Shown: positions 7,981-20,922, counted from the first letter of the stretch. The stretch is DNA of 58,358 nucleotides from Leidyana gryllorum EB-2025a (GCA_048772705.1 JBLWGC010000007.1:1-58358); one strand, 5' to 3'. Notes: a model not told the origin generated them from the letters alone. Numbers and translations are program-made.

Positions 7981-8712
7981 TTTGTGCTTAATTACGAACC
8001 AATGTGTATATCTCCGATTATTCAAAAGCCTCCGTAACCCCTTCGCATCACTTCATCCGGTAATACTTTGCCAAGTAATAGCGGCGTCTCCGTGATAACC
8101 CTCCGCGCGATCAATCAGAATACTTTTGGATCGGGAATCTCGATGGTCTCTTGACCTCCTCGAAAATTCCGAACGTTTTTTGGCCACTTTTGCGCAAAGC
8201 CATTGTTATTGTCTCCGATGCTCAGTGGCTGTTGACATCTTCAACAATTACCGAGCACGGTGCCCCGCTTTGCCACGCTATGCGCTTTCGTTATCAGCCC
8301 TGCGTCATGACGGCGTTTGAATTTAGCAGAAATCACACCCAACGGGTAGAAGTGTAGTGGCAACAATGCCATCTCAGCCGCAGCAGTCAGATCAACGTAT
8401 TGAGAAAATGGACCATAGACGGACGGTCACATCGGGTAAGAACGTTTACCGTTGGCGACGTTTATGGTTTCTGGAGTACTCTCGTCGTGCACTTTGCCTC
8501 ACGTAGTAAAGGATAAGGGTAGCAGAGCTGTATGATGGCTCGCTTCGGTATCACGGTGAAGCGTACGGGGAGACGAGTTGACGTTCGTCACCGCGGTGGC
8601 AAGAGTGTGCTGCGGGACGCAAGTTCCCTGAGTCCACGTCGTAGCAGGTTTGGGAGTGCACATGCGTGTAGATTTTGGGCAGTGCGTGGGGATTTTTTGA
8701 GGTTGAGTGCTT

Positions 8713-10626
8713 ATGGAGAAGCGCTTGAGGCCTCCAGTTATCGTTGATAATGCTGACGAGTCGCCCAAGCACCGCTCCAAACCCAACAGGTCGAAGGTTC
8801 AGTATGCGGTAGAAGCCGCATGTTTCTCTCTCAAGTCGAATGCCCTGGTATGGGCACTATTTTACGTCACTGTGATCGCCCAGTTGTTCTGCGGCATCAT
8901 ATATATCTTTGGGGTGGTCAGTCAAACCCTCATAGCGAACAACTTCACCCCTACCCAGACCGACTTTCTGTATGCGTGCGGTGAGTGTGAGGACGACATC
9001 GACAGGTTGTTATACACTGTCTCACAGGGACATTGGGTCAGTATTTCGGTATCATCCCAGGATATCTGCATGACTGGACTGGCCCTATAGTCACATGTCT
9101 ATACGGGCTGGTGTGCACTGGGTTGGGATACGGTGCTGTTTGCGGGTTGCTAGCTCGATCTTTGTGCCGAGTACCGATCTCCCAGACCTGGGTGGGCATG
9201 GTCGAGAACTGGGCGGCGGAGGTCCAAGGGTCAGCGGGTGCCACCGTCCATTGTCCGCACACAGCCGATAGTCCCTCGGATGCGACCATTTATATGTTGG
9301 GAGCGGCGATGTTCATTATGACGCAAGGTGGAGCAGCTCTCCATTACTCTGTTTTCCCGACGTTACTGATGCAATTTTCCCCTCAACGACGAGGATTGGT
9401 GTCGGGGCTTGTGGCTGGTGCCTATGGCCTGTCTGGTATTGTGCTGACATCTATATTCCAAGCCCTGTTCGCTCCCAGTAGTGTGGCTGGTGACCGTCCC
9501 CGATTGATTGGATTCATCGCGTTGGTGGGGACGATCGTATTTGGGTTCTCACTGGTTCTTTTGGTGATGCTGACGCGTGTCAGAACACCCCGAAAATCGT
9601 CTCTGCAACCGGAAGAAGCTGAGAAAATGCCGTTATACGACTACAGTCCCCAGTCTGAGGGGTTCGGAGACCGGCAAGAAACAGCTCTGACCATCGGTGG
9701 CTTGCAACGGCGTCACAGCTCAATGGTTGCTTTTGAACTTGAAGGGAGCAGCCCTGTTTCTGACAGCAGTTTGACAGTGGCGAGCCCGGGCGATCACCAA
9801 TGCTGTGCCGTTGGAGTTGACACACGGCAGGATTCAAGAGGAGGACTTTTAACGCAGATCATCAGTGCCAAGTACCTGATATATATGTTGGTGCAAGCGC
9901 TAATGCAGGGCACTTGCGCTGCAGTGATTGGAAATGTGTCGCTGATACGCCAGGCCTCTATGCCGTCTCCCGAGGAGGAGAGTGATCTGCTTGTCAGCAA
10001 CATTGAACTCAAGTTGTGGAGTGTAGCCATCCTGGTTCAGGTTATTTCAGCGGGGAACTTCATGGGCAGGATCGTGAGCGGTGTGATCAGTCAGTGTATG
10101 CCACTCAGCGTATACATCATGTTCTTCATTCAGTCAGCAATACTCATTGGTCTCGCTCAGGTACGTTGTCCATTGAGAGGAGGAGAACTTTATTTTGTAC
10201 AACAACCACAGCTGCTAATGTATGTGACAACACCTTCGTCAAATGGTGTTCTGTTGACCGCCCTCTTCTGTACGGCTTGGGCCATGGGAACAAACTTCGC
10301 GATTGGACCAGTGTGGATAATGCAAACCTTCCCAGCCCGTCATTTCGCCTCTCTGCAAGCTACAGTTATGGGCGCAATCGCGGTCTCAACCTTTGTGCTT
10401 TCAATGTATACTGGAGTAAGTGGCGGCGCTCAAACCATTCACATTCCCTCTCCTCCAGAGGAATTACGAACGCCATGCACATCTACAGCATTTGGAGATG
10501 GGTGCTCCTGATGCGAACGAGAATTTGGTGTGCCATGGACCGTCCTGCTTTGAAGTTCCCCAGTTGTTGAAAATGAGCGGTGCGGTTATTTCTGCTCTGC
10601 TTAGTGCGAGTTTGGTGTGTGTCTGA
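8713..10626 (+). CDS. Nodulin-like major facilitator superfamily transporter (multi-exon)
   Basis: Intron 8981-9027 (gtgagt...cacag) joins into GTLGQYFGIIPGYLHDWTGP; FSPQRRGLVSGLVAGAYGLSG and GNFMGRIVSG motifs; many TM segments; further introns near 10161 and 10416. Confidence 0.85.
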
Positions 10627-10720
10627 CTGAATATACCGGCGAAATCGTCAAGACTCCCCCCTAGTTTCAAATTACCAAGAAAAAGTTGCTCTTCCTAGTT
10701 GAGCTACCAAGCGCAATAAT

Positions 10721-11797
10721 CTAAACCTTTGTACGGAACCCATCGGGATGCGATGACTGCCATTTCCAAGCGGACTCACAAGCGTCACTGAATAATTATA
10801 ACACACCGTTCTTCCGTTAACACACAAGAACTTACTCTATGGTACGCTTCGCACGGAAACCGAGCTCTTTCTCGGCTTTAGCGGGGTTGCAAACCACTTG
10901 AGCCAAGTCGCCGGCCCGTCTGCCAACAATTTTATACGGAATGTCCTTCCCGGAGGCTTTCTTGAAGGCCTCAATCAATTCCAGCACCGAGTAACCGGTA
11001 CCCGTTCCCAAGTTATATATCAGAATCTGACCCTCCGCAGACTTGAGCAGCTTGTCAAGGGCGAGGATGTGACCGTCCGCGAGGTCTTGGACATGAATGT
11101 AGTCCCGCACACCCGTGCCGTCACGAGTCGGCCAGTCATTCCCGCAGATGTTCACGCACTCCTGCTTCCCCACCGCGACCTTCTGAATGATCGGCAAAAT
11201 GTTAGCGGGGTGCTCAGGCGCCTCTCCGATCTTCCCGGACGGATGGGCACCCACGGGGTTGAAGTATCGCAGCAAAGCGATCTTCCACGACTTGTCCGAC
11301 ACGTATAGATCGCGAAGAATTTGCTCAGCCATCACCTTAGTCTGCCCGTATGGATTGCTCGCGCCCAGCAGACTCTCCTCTGTCAAGAGCTCGTCACAGG
11401 GTTGATATACAGTAGCACTGGAACTAAACACCATATTCTTGCAGCCAATGTCTCGCATGGCAAACAGAACATTCAAAAGAGCGTTCATGTTGTTGTGGTA
11501 GTATTCAAGAGGCTTCTCCACCGACTCACCCACAGCCTTCAAGGCTGCGTAGTGAATAACGGCGTCGAAACGAAGCTTCGCCAGCTCAGCACGCGCATTC
11601 GGACCAGCCAGGTCAATATTGACGAATGTGCAATGACCACCGGCTAGCTCCTTAGTCACCTCTATGGCTTTCTCACAGGAATTGGCCAAGTTGTCAGCTA
11701 CTATCACCTCATACTTGCCACTCTGTACCAACTCAATAACACAATGGGCTCCGATATAACCAGCTCCACCGGTACACAGAATTGTTTGCCGAGCCAT
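10721..11797 (-). CDS. galE: UDP-glucose 4-epimerase
   Basis: TGGAGYIG, FSSSATVY, PYGQTK, LRYFNPVGAH, DGTGVRDYIHV; intron ~10788-10835, then last exon DACESAWKWQSSHPDGFRTKV*. Confidence 0.97.
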
Positions 11798-12372
11798 TCT
11801 ACTTCCAATTCAATTCAATTCAATTAGGTGGGAAGAATACAAGGGGTGATCAATTCCAAAAATTGTGGTTTCTGTGATCCATGTCCATGTGTGTGCGAGG
11901 CGTGCTCAACTGATTAGGCACTCAGATCTCCCGCTCACCTGTCTCCGTCACATAGGTTGGACTGATGCAAGACGACTTTTTCCATATCACAGCTGTGAGA
12001 CGACATGTACCGTTGGAAGATATCAATTCTGCCTTTGTGAGCTGTTATTGCCAGAGTCTGCTACCAATATGCGCTCACAGCAAGGCATGGGACGGCCGCC
12101 TGTAGAAGGTTGGGCTGTTCAAGTAACAGCAGCATATGCCGGATTTACGCTACCAGTTGACTGTATATTCAGAACACCAGCGATGAGGATTGCGGATAGA
12201 TCATTTGAGTGGAAAGCTCGACCTGTATCTAACGGAGGACGGTTAGTGTTCACCGGAGTGTCGTCCGACCCGACCGACCGAAACCTAAGCCTCCTTTGTA
12301 TGCTGCGTCAAGCTCACCAGTTCCAAGTGAGCACCCGTGTTTTTAAGTGGTGTGTGGGGTGTAATGTTGTAT

Positions 12373-12621
12373 ATGACACAGTTGTCCGACCGTCAAAGGA
12401 AGGAACTGCAAATTGAAAGCGGAGTTGTCAGTCAAGCAGTCCTTTATGAATCGGTGGCTAAGTTTTTGGCTGCCAAAGGACGGGATGCTGCTAATACGTT
12501 TGATCGGTATTTATTGGAACCTGGGCCCGTGATATCCATGCCACTCTGTCTAGAAGAGGCCACGTGGGTTGCCAAGCAAAATGACGAGCATCGTTATTCT
12601 TTGTGCTGTGGACAGGCTTAA
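12373..12621 (+). CDS. Possible small LisH-like protein or LIS1-like fragment
   Basis: MTQLSDRQRKEL...LYESVAKFLAAKG resembles the LIS1 N-terminal LisH region; no WD repeats seen. Confidence 0.25.
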   Translation: MTQLSDRQRKELQIESGVVSQAVLYESVAKFLAAKGRDAANTFDRYLLEPGPVISMPLCLEEATWVAKQNDEHRYSLCCGQA

Positions 12622-12754
12622 CCCGGATGGCACATTGGTGTGGACGTTAAAGTGCCCGCTTCCACAGATTGTCAAGCAGCACATTCGTTTGGCTCATTTG
12701 ATGAAAGGTCTGCCTTCGCCTTGTTGAGTCATGCGGCGGGTGTTGAAGACTTTG

Positions 12755-12830
12755 GTAGTTCGTTAGTTAGTTGGCCAGTTAGTCAGCGGTTAGTAGTTAG
12801 TTAGTCAGTTCGTTCGTTGGTTCATTCATC
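12755..12830. repeat. Degenerate GTTA/GTTC tetranucleotide repeat upstream of the DDX60-like gene
   Basis: gttcgttagttagttgg...gttagttagtcagttcgttcgttggttc. Confidence 0.7.
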
Positions 12831-12896
12831 CAGGGCCCAAAAAAAACTTTTGAGGGCAGGGGCTTAATCGCTTCAGCGCGCAAACCTTACACTTAC

Positions 12897-15800
12897 ATGG
12901 AGAACGAGGAAACCCTGGACCGTCTGGGGTCCGCGGAGATTGCCAATCCGGCAGTCCTTGGAGAAGACCCCACGCCGGCCCAGGAAGCGCTGGTTGCAAA
13001 AGGCCTGCCCGATGCAGATGCGGATGAGATGGATGTGGATGACGACCAACTGTCAGTGGCGTCAGAAGAGTTGGAGATCGATATCCGCGAGAAATTCAGT
13101 GAGTGAAATTCCTTGGAGGAGCGGTTTCGATGGTCGCAATGAGTGGAGGCAACAACAATCCGTTGTCAGCAACGGGGTGTTGTTCCGGTGCACCGAGGGG
13201 AAGAACCGCTCTTCCTGGTGACGTGTATCATTTAATCACTCGTTTCTTCTTGTTTCAGCTTTGTTGCCCGAAGAGGCAGTGGGAAAGCTGAACGCCGAGA
13301 CCAAATTGTCATTGTGGTATTCTTGGTTGCCTTCGATCAAGGCTGATGCTGTGGACGAACTGGGAGCCAACGACTCGTGTCTGATTTCGGTTGAAGGGCT
13401 GATCTTGCGGTATGCAGCAGGTCAGGAGTATCGCGGAAGGTTTGCTGAGAGTCCTCAATTCTTGAGGCTGCAGTACGCAATTGAGAAATTACTGGCAGAC
13501 CTGAACGATGTTGGGGTGGTCAACACCACACTGATTTTCTTCGACTGCTTCAAGGGTATCCTTGCCAAAGAGCACGCTTCGCTGTGGGCATTCCGCGAAT
13601 CCTTCCGTGCTTACTGCGAGCTCAACCCACACACACTCACGAGCAAGCGGTACTACTCGTGGTACGATCAGGAGTACTCTGACTTTATCGCGCAGCGGTG
13701 CCCGTTTGTCTTCTTTATGGAAGATGGGTCCGCCTTGGACCCGTACCGCACAGTGTTTTGGGAGAAACCCGAGGAGGCCACACCGGCTGAGCACGGGTTT
13801 ATTCCGCTGTATGCACTCATGTTGGACTCCATCATTCGTGGAATCAACATTGCCTGCTTCTACAAGTTGGCCTTCAGCGGTCGTCGCATCAAAGCCTTCT
13901 GTATCCTGCCTCAGAGTGGCATCAAGGAGCTCGCTGATGAGCTGAAGGGTGAAGTTTTGGAGTCTCTCAAAGAGGACTGTGCCTTGTTGGATGACGTGGC
14001 ACCCAGCTCAACTTTCACCGTGCAGAATTGGCAAGAATCCCAGCTGCCTGTGCGTATCGCCATGTTTGCCGCGTGCGCTCGGGAGACATTGGGTCCCGAT
14101 GGTATGGAGGACAGCTCGAGCTGGACAGTGACCTTCTTCAAGGTGCTGATGCTGCACGACTTTATCCTACGAAGCACTCCGCTCCCAGAGCGGCCAATGT
14201 GTCTGGCGGAAGTCGAATCGTTCACATACTCCTCGACGATGGAGTTCCTCTTTGCCAACATTAGCTTCTTCATGGAAACACTCATTGACACAATGAAGTC
14301 GGAGAAACTCGAGACACTCTTCGCGTCCCCCGAGATACACCGTGAGATCGCGGATCTCGTCGACGAGCGGATGATCCGAGCGATCCTCTTCGCTCTCTAT
14401 GATCAGATCAAGGAGTCCGAGGACCGTACCGTGGCAGCGGACTTTTTCGGTATCCCTCCTCAGTGGCTGGAGTTACTCGAGAAGGCCTGGCGAACTGTTC
14501 AGCCTGAACAGTCGTTCTTCCCTCTCAATGTCTCCGAGTTGTTCGAAGAAGATGGTCTCTATGCGGAGCTCGAAGGCTGTGAGCTCTTGGCTTTGAGCGA
14601 AGAGGCAAAGGACACCACCCTCGAGAAGCCCAAAGTTTTGGTCGTCGAGAAGAACGATTACCTTTATCAAATGCTCGATCGCAAGGCCCGAGTCGACGGA
14701 CTGCTGCCCGACTTGATGGATCTGGAGACCGACGATTCGCTGGAAGGCGAAAAGTTGGTGGACAAGTTCCTCGCTCAGGAGCGTCAGTACGATCTCAAGA
14801 GCGCCTTGAGCACAAACGCCTCCACCACAGCCGCTTCCTCCAAAGGTGCCGACACTGTCAATGGAGGGGAAGAAATGGACAAAACTGTGGCTGCTTTGGC
14901 TTGGAACCGCACGTCTCCGTACGATGTGGCCACCCATCACGTCCAGGCAGTGATGAGGAAAGTAGTCGACCGTCTTCCCAAATGGATCGAGAAGAAGAAA
15001 GGCGACGAAAGAGAGAGAGCTCTGAGACGCTGGAGGCTGCGCCGGGAACAAGAGGGAAAGCTGTACGCTCGTAACATCAACAAGTATTTCGGCGGTCTCG
15101 ACAAACTTCACTTGCCCATCGTGTTGGTTGGAGGCCACGCGGCCGGCGACCATCCGTGGGTGGGGAACGCACTCACCTCCACCGGAATCGATGATGGAGA
15201 TTTCGACGACGCTGATAACGATGACGACGGGAACAGCCCCTCTTCCGCCAAGGCAAAGAAGAAACTCGCTGGCGGCAAAGAGAAGAAGGACAAGGAAGAG
15301 AAAAAGGAGAAGAAGGTCGGCAACAAGGCTGCTGCCATCATTGAGAAGAACAAAGAGCGTCAGGCCACCAAGATGAAAGCCAAAGAGGAGGACGTTAGCG
15401 AGAATCTTTACAGTCAAATGGGTCACATGTTCAAGAAACGGAGCGCGAGACCAGCCGCATTCTGCGAGTCCTTCTTGGAACTGCTCGTCGGGTCTCGGAA
15501 CGCCAATGACTCCACCGTCCTGGAGGACTTTAGCGCTATCAGGAAGGTTTTGAACCTCCCCGAGAACCAAGCTGCCTTCCTCGCGGCTCTCAGCACCAAG
15601 TTGATGGACCCACTCGAGCACACCTGGAGGCGAAAAACAATCATCGAGTCCAACCAGGTGGCAGAAATGCTCAAACTCATTGGTCTCGTCTTCCGATTCG
15701 CCCAACTCAGCATCGACAAACACTACAAAGTCATGACAGCCGACCAAATCAAAGTCTTCCAGACATTGCTGCTGAGGCTCGGGTTCCGTCGATCTGCTCG

Positions 15801-18800
15801 TGCCACCTTTGAGGTCTGGGCGCAGCACCAACTGGAGCTCAAACAGGGTCTCAAGGCGGGCACGGCCGGAGACGCTGCCGCACCCGCCGCGGAGGAACCC
15901 GCAAAGAAGGGCTCCAAACCCCCCAAGCCGGGCAGCAAGGCGGCCAAGGCTGCCAAACAGGGAGGTGCGGGCGCCACAACAGCTTCTGCGAGTGGCAAGA
16001 CGATGTCTGAGAGCCAAATCGCCAGTTACAAAAAGAAGTTGGAGGGCGAAGCCTACGTGAATCCGGTTCTGGTGATCAGATCAATGTTCGATTTTGCCAT
16101 CGATCCGGCCATGGAAGCCACATTCCAGGTCAAATACCTCGGACCCGACATGGAACGTACATTGGGCAGTCGCAGTGACCCCCGTGTCACCTTCCGACCC
16201 GATGCTTGGCAGAAGAAGTTGTTGGACATTGTTGACAACCAGGAGAGTTGTCTGGTCGTGGCCCCGACAGCCTCGGGTAAGACGTTCGCTGCGTACTATG
16301 CGATGGACAAAGTGCTGAGATTCGACAATGAGAGTTGTGTGCTCTTCATCAGTCCGACGCGTGCGCTCGCCCTTCAAGTCGAGGCGGAAGTCATTGCCCG
16401 TTTCAGTGGCAAAACCTATCCACAGACCTGCAAGACTGTGCTTTGTGGTCACTTGTTCGAGGATCGTCAAGACGCCTGGAACAACTGTCAAATCCTTATC
16501 ACAGTCCCTTCGTGTCTGGAGGCGGTTCTCTCGTCGACCAATCCTGAAATGAAGGAATGGGCCAAAAAGCTAAAGTACGCCATCATGGATGAGATCCATT
16601 GTATCGGTGAAGAGAAGACAGGCAAAGATTGGGAGAATCTGATTCAGCTGTTGCCCTGCCCCTTCATGGCGCTCAGTGCTACGGTCGGTAACGAATCCGA
16701 CTTTAGATCGTGGCTCAAAAAGGCGCAATCCGTTGTGCCGCCCCGGCCCGTGCGGTTCATCAAACATGGTGAACGTTATGCCGACCTCCAGACACTCTAT
16801 TACAGCAGTGCCATGGGTGGTAACAAGGGTCTGTACAACCTCAATCCTCTGCTGTGTTTGGACTTCGAGCGTGTCAAAGCCGGCAGTCTCGGGGGTGACT
16901 TCTATCTCATCCCCACGGACCTCTTGGCAACATACGGCGGGCTCGCGACCATTTTCCAGCAGCGACTGACCGCGGAGAAGGCCAGCATGGACGCTGAGAC
17001 CCGCGAAGCACTCTCAACTTTCATCGAAGGTTACAATCCGGAAGTTTACTTTGAGGGTGTCCGTGCCATCAAAAAGAAGCAATACAGACAGTATCTGTAC
17101 GCTGTGTACGGAACCATTGAGAGAATGGCTCAGGAGAACATTTTGCGCGAGGTCGACTTTGAGCAGCTCGTGGAGCAGTTGGGTCAAGACACGCCTCTGG
17201 GTGCCATCCAACTGGAACCCTGGTGGGTTGAGAGGGCTGGCGGCACCAAATCGTCACCTGCGAGTCCGACTGCTGGAGGCGATGAGAATGGCGAGACGGT
17301 CGCCACCGCTCCCCCAACCCCCATTCGACCACTCAACGAGGTTCTCGTGAGTGCGGGCACGCAGCTTCAGTGCTTCAATGATCCGGCTGAGTTCCTCTCG
17401 TTGGTCCGGGATCTGGAGAGTCGTCGTCTGATGCCTGCGTTGGTGTTCAACTTCAACCGTGCGTTTGCCTCGCGTCTCTTCTACCGTGTTGCCCACAAGC
17501 TGATCGACGAGCACCGGGCCAAGTATTATGGGACACCAGAAGCCACAGCCAAGACGAAGGCCATCAATAAGAAACGCCAGGACGACTACAAAGCGATCCT
17601 CGCTCGCCGCGAGATGGCTGAGAAGTGGAAGACCCTTTCCAAGGAGCAGCGTGAGGAGCAGGGCATCGACGAGCAGTTGTTCGCTGAGCTCACGGGGGCC
17701 GCTCCTCCTCCCCCCACTGATGTGGCGGAGGAACACGACGGAGAGTTTTTCCTCTGTGACAAGAGAATGTACGCCAGTATGCAGGAGGAGTTTGAGGAGG
17801 TCATCACGATGTGTAAACTGAGATACTATGTCAAGAACGGTCGTGTGAGTAACATTCTTCTCGAGGGTCTCCGCCGAGGTATTGGCCTTTACCACGACGC
17901 CCTCAACAGAGAGTATCGTCGTGCGGTCGAACTGTTATTCCGTATGCGGTACCTGCGTATCGTCGTCAGTGACAGCTCCCTGTCTCTGGGTATCAACATG
18001 CCCTGCAAGACGACAGTGTTTGCCGGCGACAGCGCCATGTTGACTCCCCTGTTGTATCGACAGACCAGTGGTCGTGCCGGTCGTCGCGGTTTCGACAGTC
18101 TCGGGCACATTGTGTTCTGGGAGTTCCCCTTCAAGAAAGTTCGTCGTTTACTCTGCAGTAGACTTCCAACTTTGAGTGGCAACTATCCTGTCAGGCCCAC
18201 CATGGTGCTCAAGGCGATGCATTTGAGTCAGAACCTCGCTGAGGAATGCATCACCGAGTTCACTCAACGCATGGCGGCCAAGAATCTGCCCATTACAACT
18301 CTCGACCCGATGACACTGCGAAAGATCGATGTGTCGAGAAACAAGTTGCAGAAACTTTTCACTGCTCCACTGTTCGCGGTCGGGGCCACAGAGAGAGTCA
18401 AAGCTAAACTGCACGAGAACACTCTCCTGGCCTACAGATTCTGTGTCGACCTCAACAGACGTTTGGGACTTCTCAATCGGTTTGGACACGCGGATGGTTT
18501 CTCCACTCTCACCACCAGTCTCGGCGAAGATGAACCCGGAAACCTCTACTTGGCCCTCGCCATCATGGAGGGCGCCCTGCGGGGACGCAAACCGAAGGTT
18601 CTGTCACCCGAAGCTGTCAATGAGAGCACATTGGATGAGTAAGTCACTCACACCCACCTCCTCTCTAAAATATCTTTCTTTGCTGTCCCTACAGAGTTCT
18701 CGTTCAATTGCTGGCCTTCACGATCAAACGTCGTGTCTACACCCACTCGATTGTCCGGCGATTCGAATTGGCTTCGACCCATCCTGACTTGAAATCTATC

Positions 18801-19795
18801 CTTCTACCCACTGTCGGAGGGGTCAAGGGAGTCCAGGAGACCACCCCATTGCTGGGCCCGTTGCCAGACAAACTCCGAGATTTGGCCGAGGTCTTCGACC
18901 GTATGGTGAGTAAAAGGCGTGGCCACCGCTGGGGGTGTGTGTGTATACAGCGTTATGTGTAGGTGTTCGACAACGCCATCGCGCGTGCCAAAGCCATGAG
19001 TCTGCAAGAGGGCGAGTTTGGCGACCAATCTTACGTCTTGCCACTGAGTGGCGTACCATTCCTCGCCACAGAGTTGACTCCGGTCGCCGGCAGCAAATGG
19101 GAGGAGTGGCACCGTAAGGCGGCCACTCCCGCGAAATATCGGTATTGGCAATCGCCTTTCGCCGCAGTCAGTGGTGCTTGCGACTCTGACATCCAGAGCG
19201 TTGAGGAACTCGTTCTTCACTCGCGCGATGGAGTCTTTATGGAGGCTGGAATGGTGCCACAGCTGGCAGCCGACAAGGCCGAGATCCCTCTCCCGGACTC
19301 GAGAGGCTCAATCAAACTGCCACTGGTCAACAGCTATGCCGCTGATCTCTTGTCACACGGGAAGCTGAGGTACGTTATTTCATCAACTGTTTGACTTTGG
19401 CGACACACAATGTGTGCTGATTGTTTGGTTCGCTCTGTTGATGTGATGTCATATATATATCAATCAATCATTGTTGGGTGTTAATTGTTGCACGCAATTG
19501 ATATTGATCCGCTACGCGTCTCTGTTCTGCCCTCTCTTATCTCATACGCGCTCTTCTCTCTTTCAGGAGTATCATTGAGTGCAATGATGTGCCCGCATCG
19601 GAAGCCTACTTTATTCTGCAAGCTTTGAACAACAACGTGACGCGTTTGATCAAAGTGTTGGAGATGCAGACGAGCCCTGTCGGCGTGGTGGAGTCAGCCG
19701 ATGCGTTGCCGAGCGCGACCGCGTGTGTGAGTCTGATGGAGGCTATTGGTGCGCGGTGTCAGCAGATCTACGGGGCTGTGCGTTCGCAAGTATAA
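12897..19795 (+). CDS. DDX60: DDX60-like Ski2-family DExH RNA helicase (multi-exon)
   Basis: FRPDAWQKKLLDIVDNQESCLVVAPTASGKT, DEIH, SAT, QTSGRAGRRG; DDX60-type N-terminus; GT-AG introns near 13099-13258, 18638-18694, 18906-18962 and 19370-19566. Confidence 0.88.
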
Positions 19796-20513
19796 TGGCT
19801 TGGAACCTTCGCAGTCTATTGAGATTCTCGTGCACCTTGTCTTCGGCGACGCTCAAGAGGCGTTGTATTTGAGAGTCGTAGAGATCCTCTCCTTGGAGCC
19901 GGAGGGGCACAGCTACTCTGCACGACCCACAGACTCGTACATCGAAGCCGTGTTTTTCGTTGCCACCAGTGATGCCTATTTCTTTCAAACCAGCCTCTCT
20001 AGCCCACTTCAAAAGATCCATGGCCGCCGACAAATCTCGACATCTGCAGTGCAACAACAACGGCTCGGCTCTCAACCAAATGTTCTCCAACGGCCGTCCA
20101 ACAATACTCGGCAGCTTCGACGAAGTGCGAAGGTAATGGTACTGTCGGTCTGCGATCCGATTCGAGATCAATGCCACGCGCTTCTCTACGGTCGACAGGT
20201 CCTCCTCAACCACTCCCTCTCCCTCGTCGTCGTCGAGGTGGTCAACATAGATAAGAAAGCCAGCATTCTTCGACCGCTGTTCCTCACCTTCAGTCACCAC
20301 GTCTCCGTACACAGCCACTCGTCCAGCGCAGCAACTCGTTGTATAATAGTTTTCGTGATTATTCAAAGCTTCACATATCGACTGGAAGTGTTGGTCGACA
20401 CCCTGTTTCAGGGATCGGTCCTCCTTGGCCGTTCCGCCATTTACAACTTCGACCGTAAAATCATTCAAACCCGCCAGAACTGTTTTCTTCCGCAGGTCAA
20501 ACTCGTTCGTCAT
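19743..20513 (-). CDS. TYW3: tRNA wybutosine-synthesizing protein 3
   Basis: MTNEFDLRKK, DRSLKQGVD, YYTTSCCAGR, EPLLLHCRCRD, GLKEIG; first ATG at 20513. Confidence 0.9.
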   Translation of the reverse strand: MTNEFDLRKKTVLAGLNDFTVEVVNGGTAKEDRSLKQGVDQHFQSICEALNNHENYYTTSCCAGRVAVYGDVVTEGEEQRSKNAGFLIYVDHLDDDEGEGVVEEDLSTVEKRVALISNRIADRQYHYLRTSSKLPSIVGRPLENIWLRAEPLLLHCRCRDLSAAMDLLKWAREAGLKEIGITGGNEKHGFDVRVCGSCRVAVPLRLQGEDLYDSQIQRLLSVAEDKVHENLNRLRRFQAIILANAQPRRSADTAHQ

Positions 20514-20922
20514 CTCCCACGACCAAAAAAAATCTCCTCTGCCGAGTTTGCAACTATCGAGACCCACAGAACCTTCAACGTTCACTACCGTACATCAGAC
20601 TGGATTTTTGGTAGCAGCCCACCCATCCACCGACTGCCACCACTCACACCCTCGTCCCAACAGTGACGTGGGATGGGAGTTTAGAATCGAAAGGCCAGAC
20701 ATGCCGTGACACGTAATGGGCGTCGTGCAGGGAAAGCCACACCAGAGCACGAATCTGTGTACCGTAATTCAAGACGCGTACAATGCAGATCAATAGACAG
20801 CCAGCACTCAACGATAGCGTTAGTCGGAAGGTCTGAACAGAAGGGTTGGGGGGAGAGGTGGCGGAAGCGACAGTGGACGATGCATGTACAGTGTGTCGAT
20901 TGTGTGTTCGGATCTACAGTCA

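Larger units (their letters stand above)
2290..8217. repeat. Tandem array of five ~1.1-1.2 kb cassettes (variable block + constant block), order A-B-C-B-A
   Basis: Junction motif tgtctccg recurs at 3283, 4414, 5652/5981, 7070 (variant cgccg) and 8213, giving periods of 1131, 1238, 1089 and 1143 bp. Constant blocks at ~2757-3287, 3888-4418, 5131-5656, 6544-7074, 7687-8217 are near-identical. Variable blocks 2513-2756/7443-7686 (A) and 3520-3887/6176-6543 (B) are pairwise near-identical. Confidence 0.95.

Noticed and set aside
2290-8217. CRISPR array
   Set aside because: Repeats (~530 bp) and intervening blocks (~600 bp) are far too long, the intervening blocks are homologous to each other, and there are no cas genes.
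14473-16017. 514-aa minus-strand ORF
   Set aside because: Antisense shadow of the codon-biased DDX60 CDS.
19746-20666. 306-aa + strand ORF
   Set aside because: Antisense to TYW3; no motifs.
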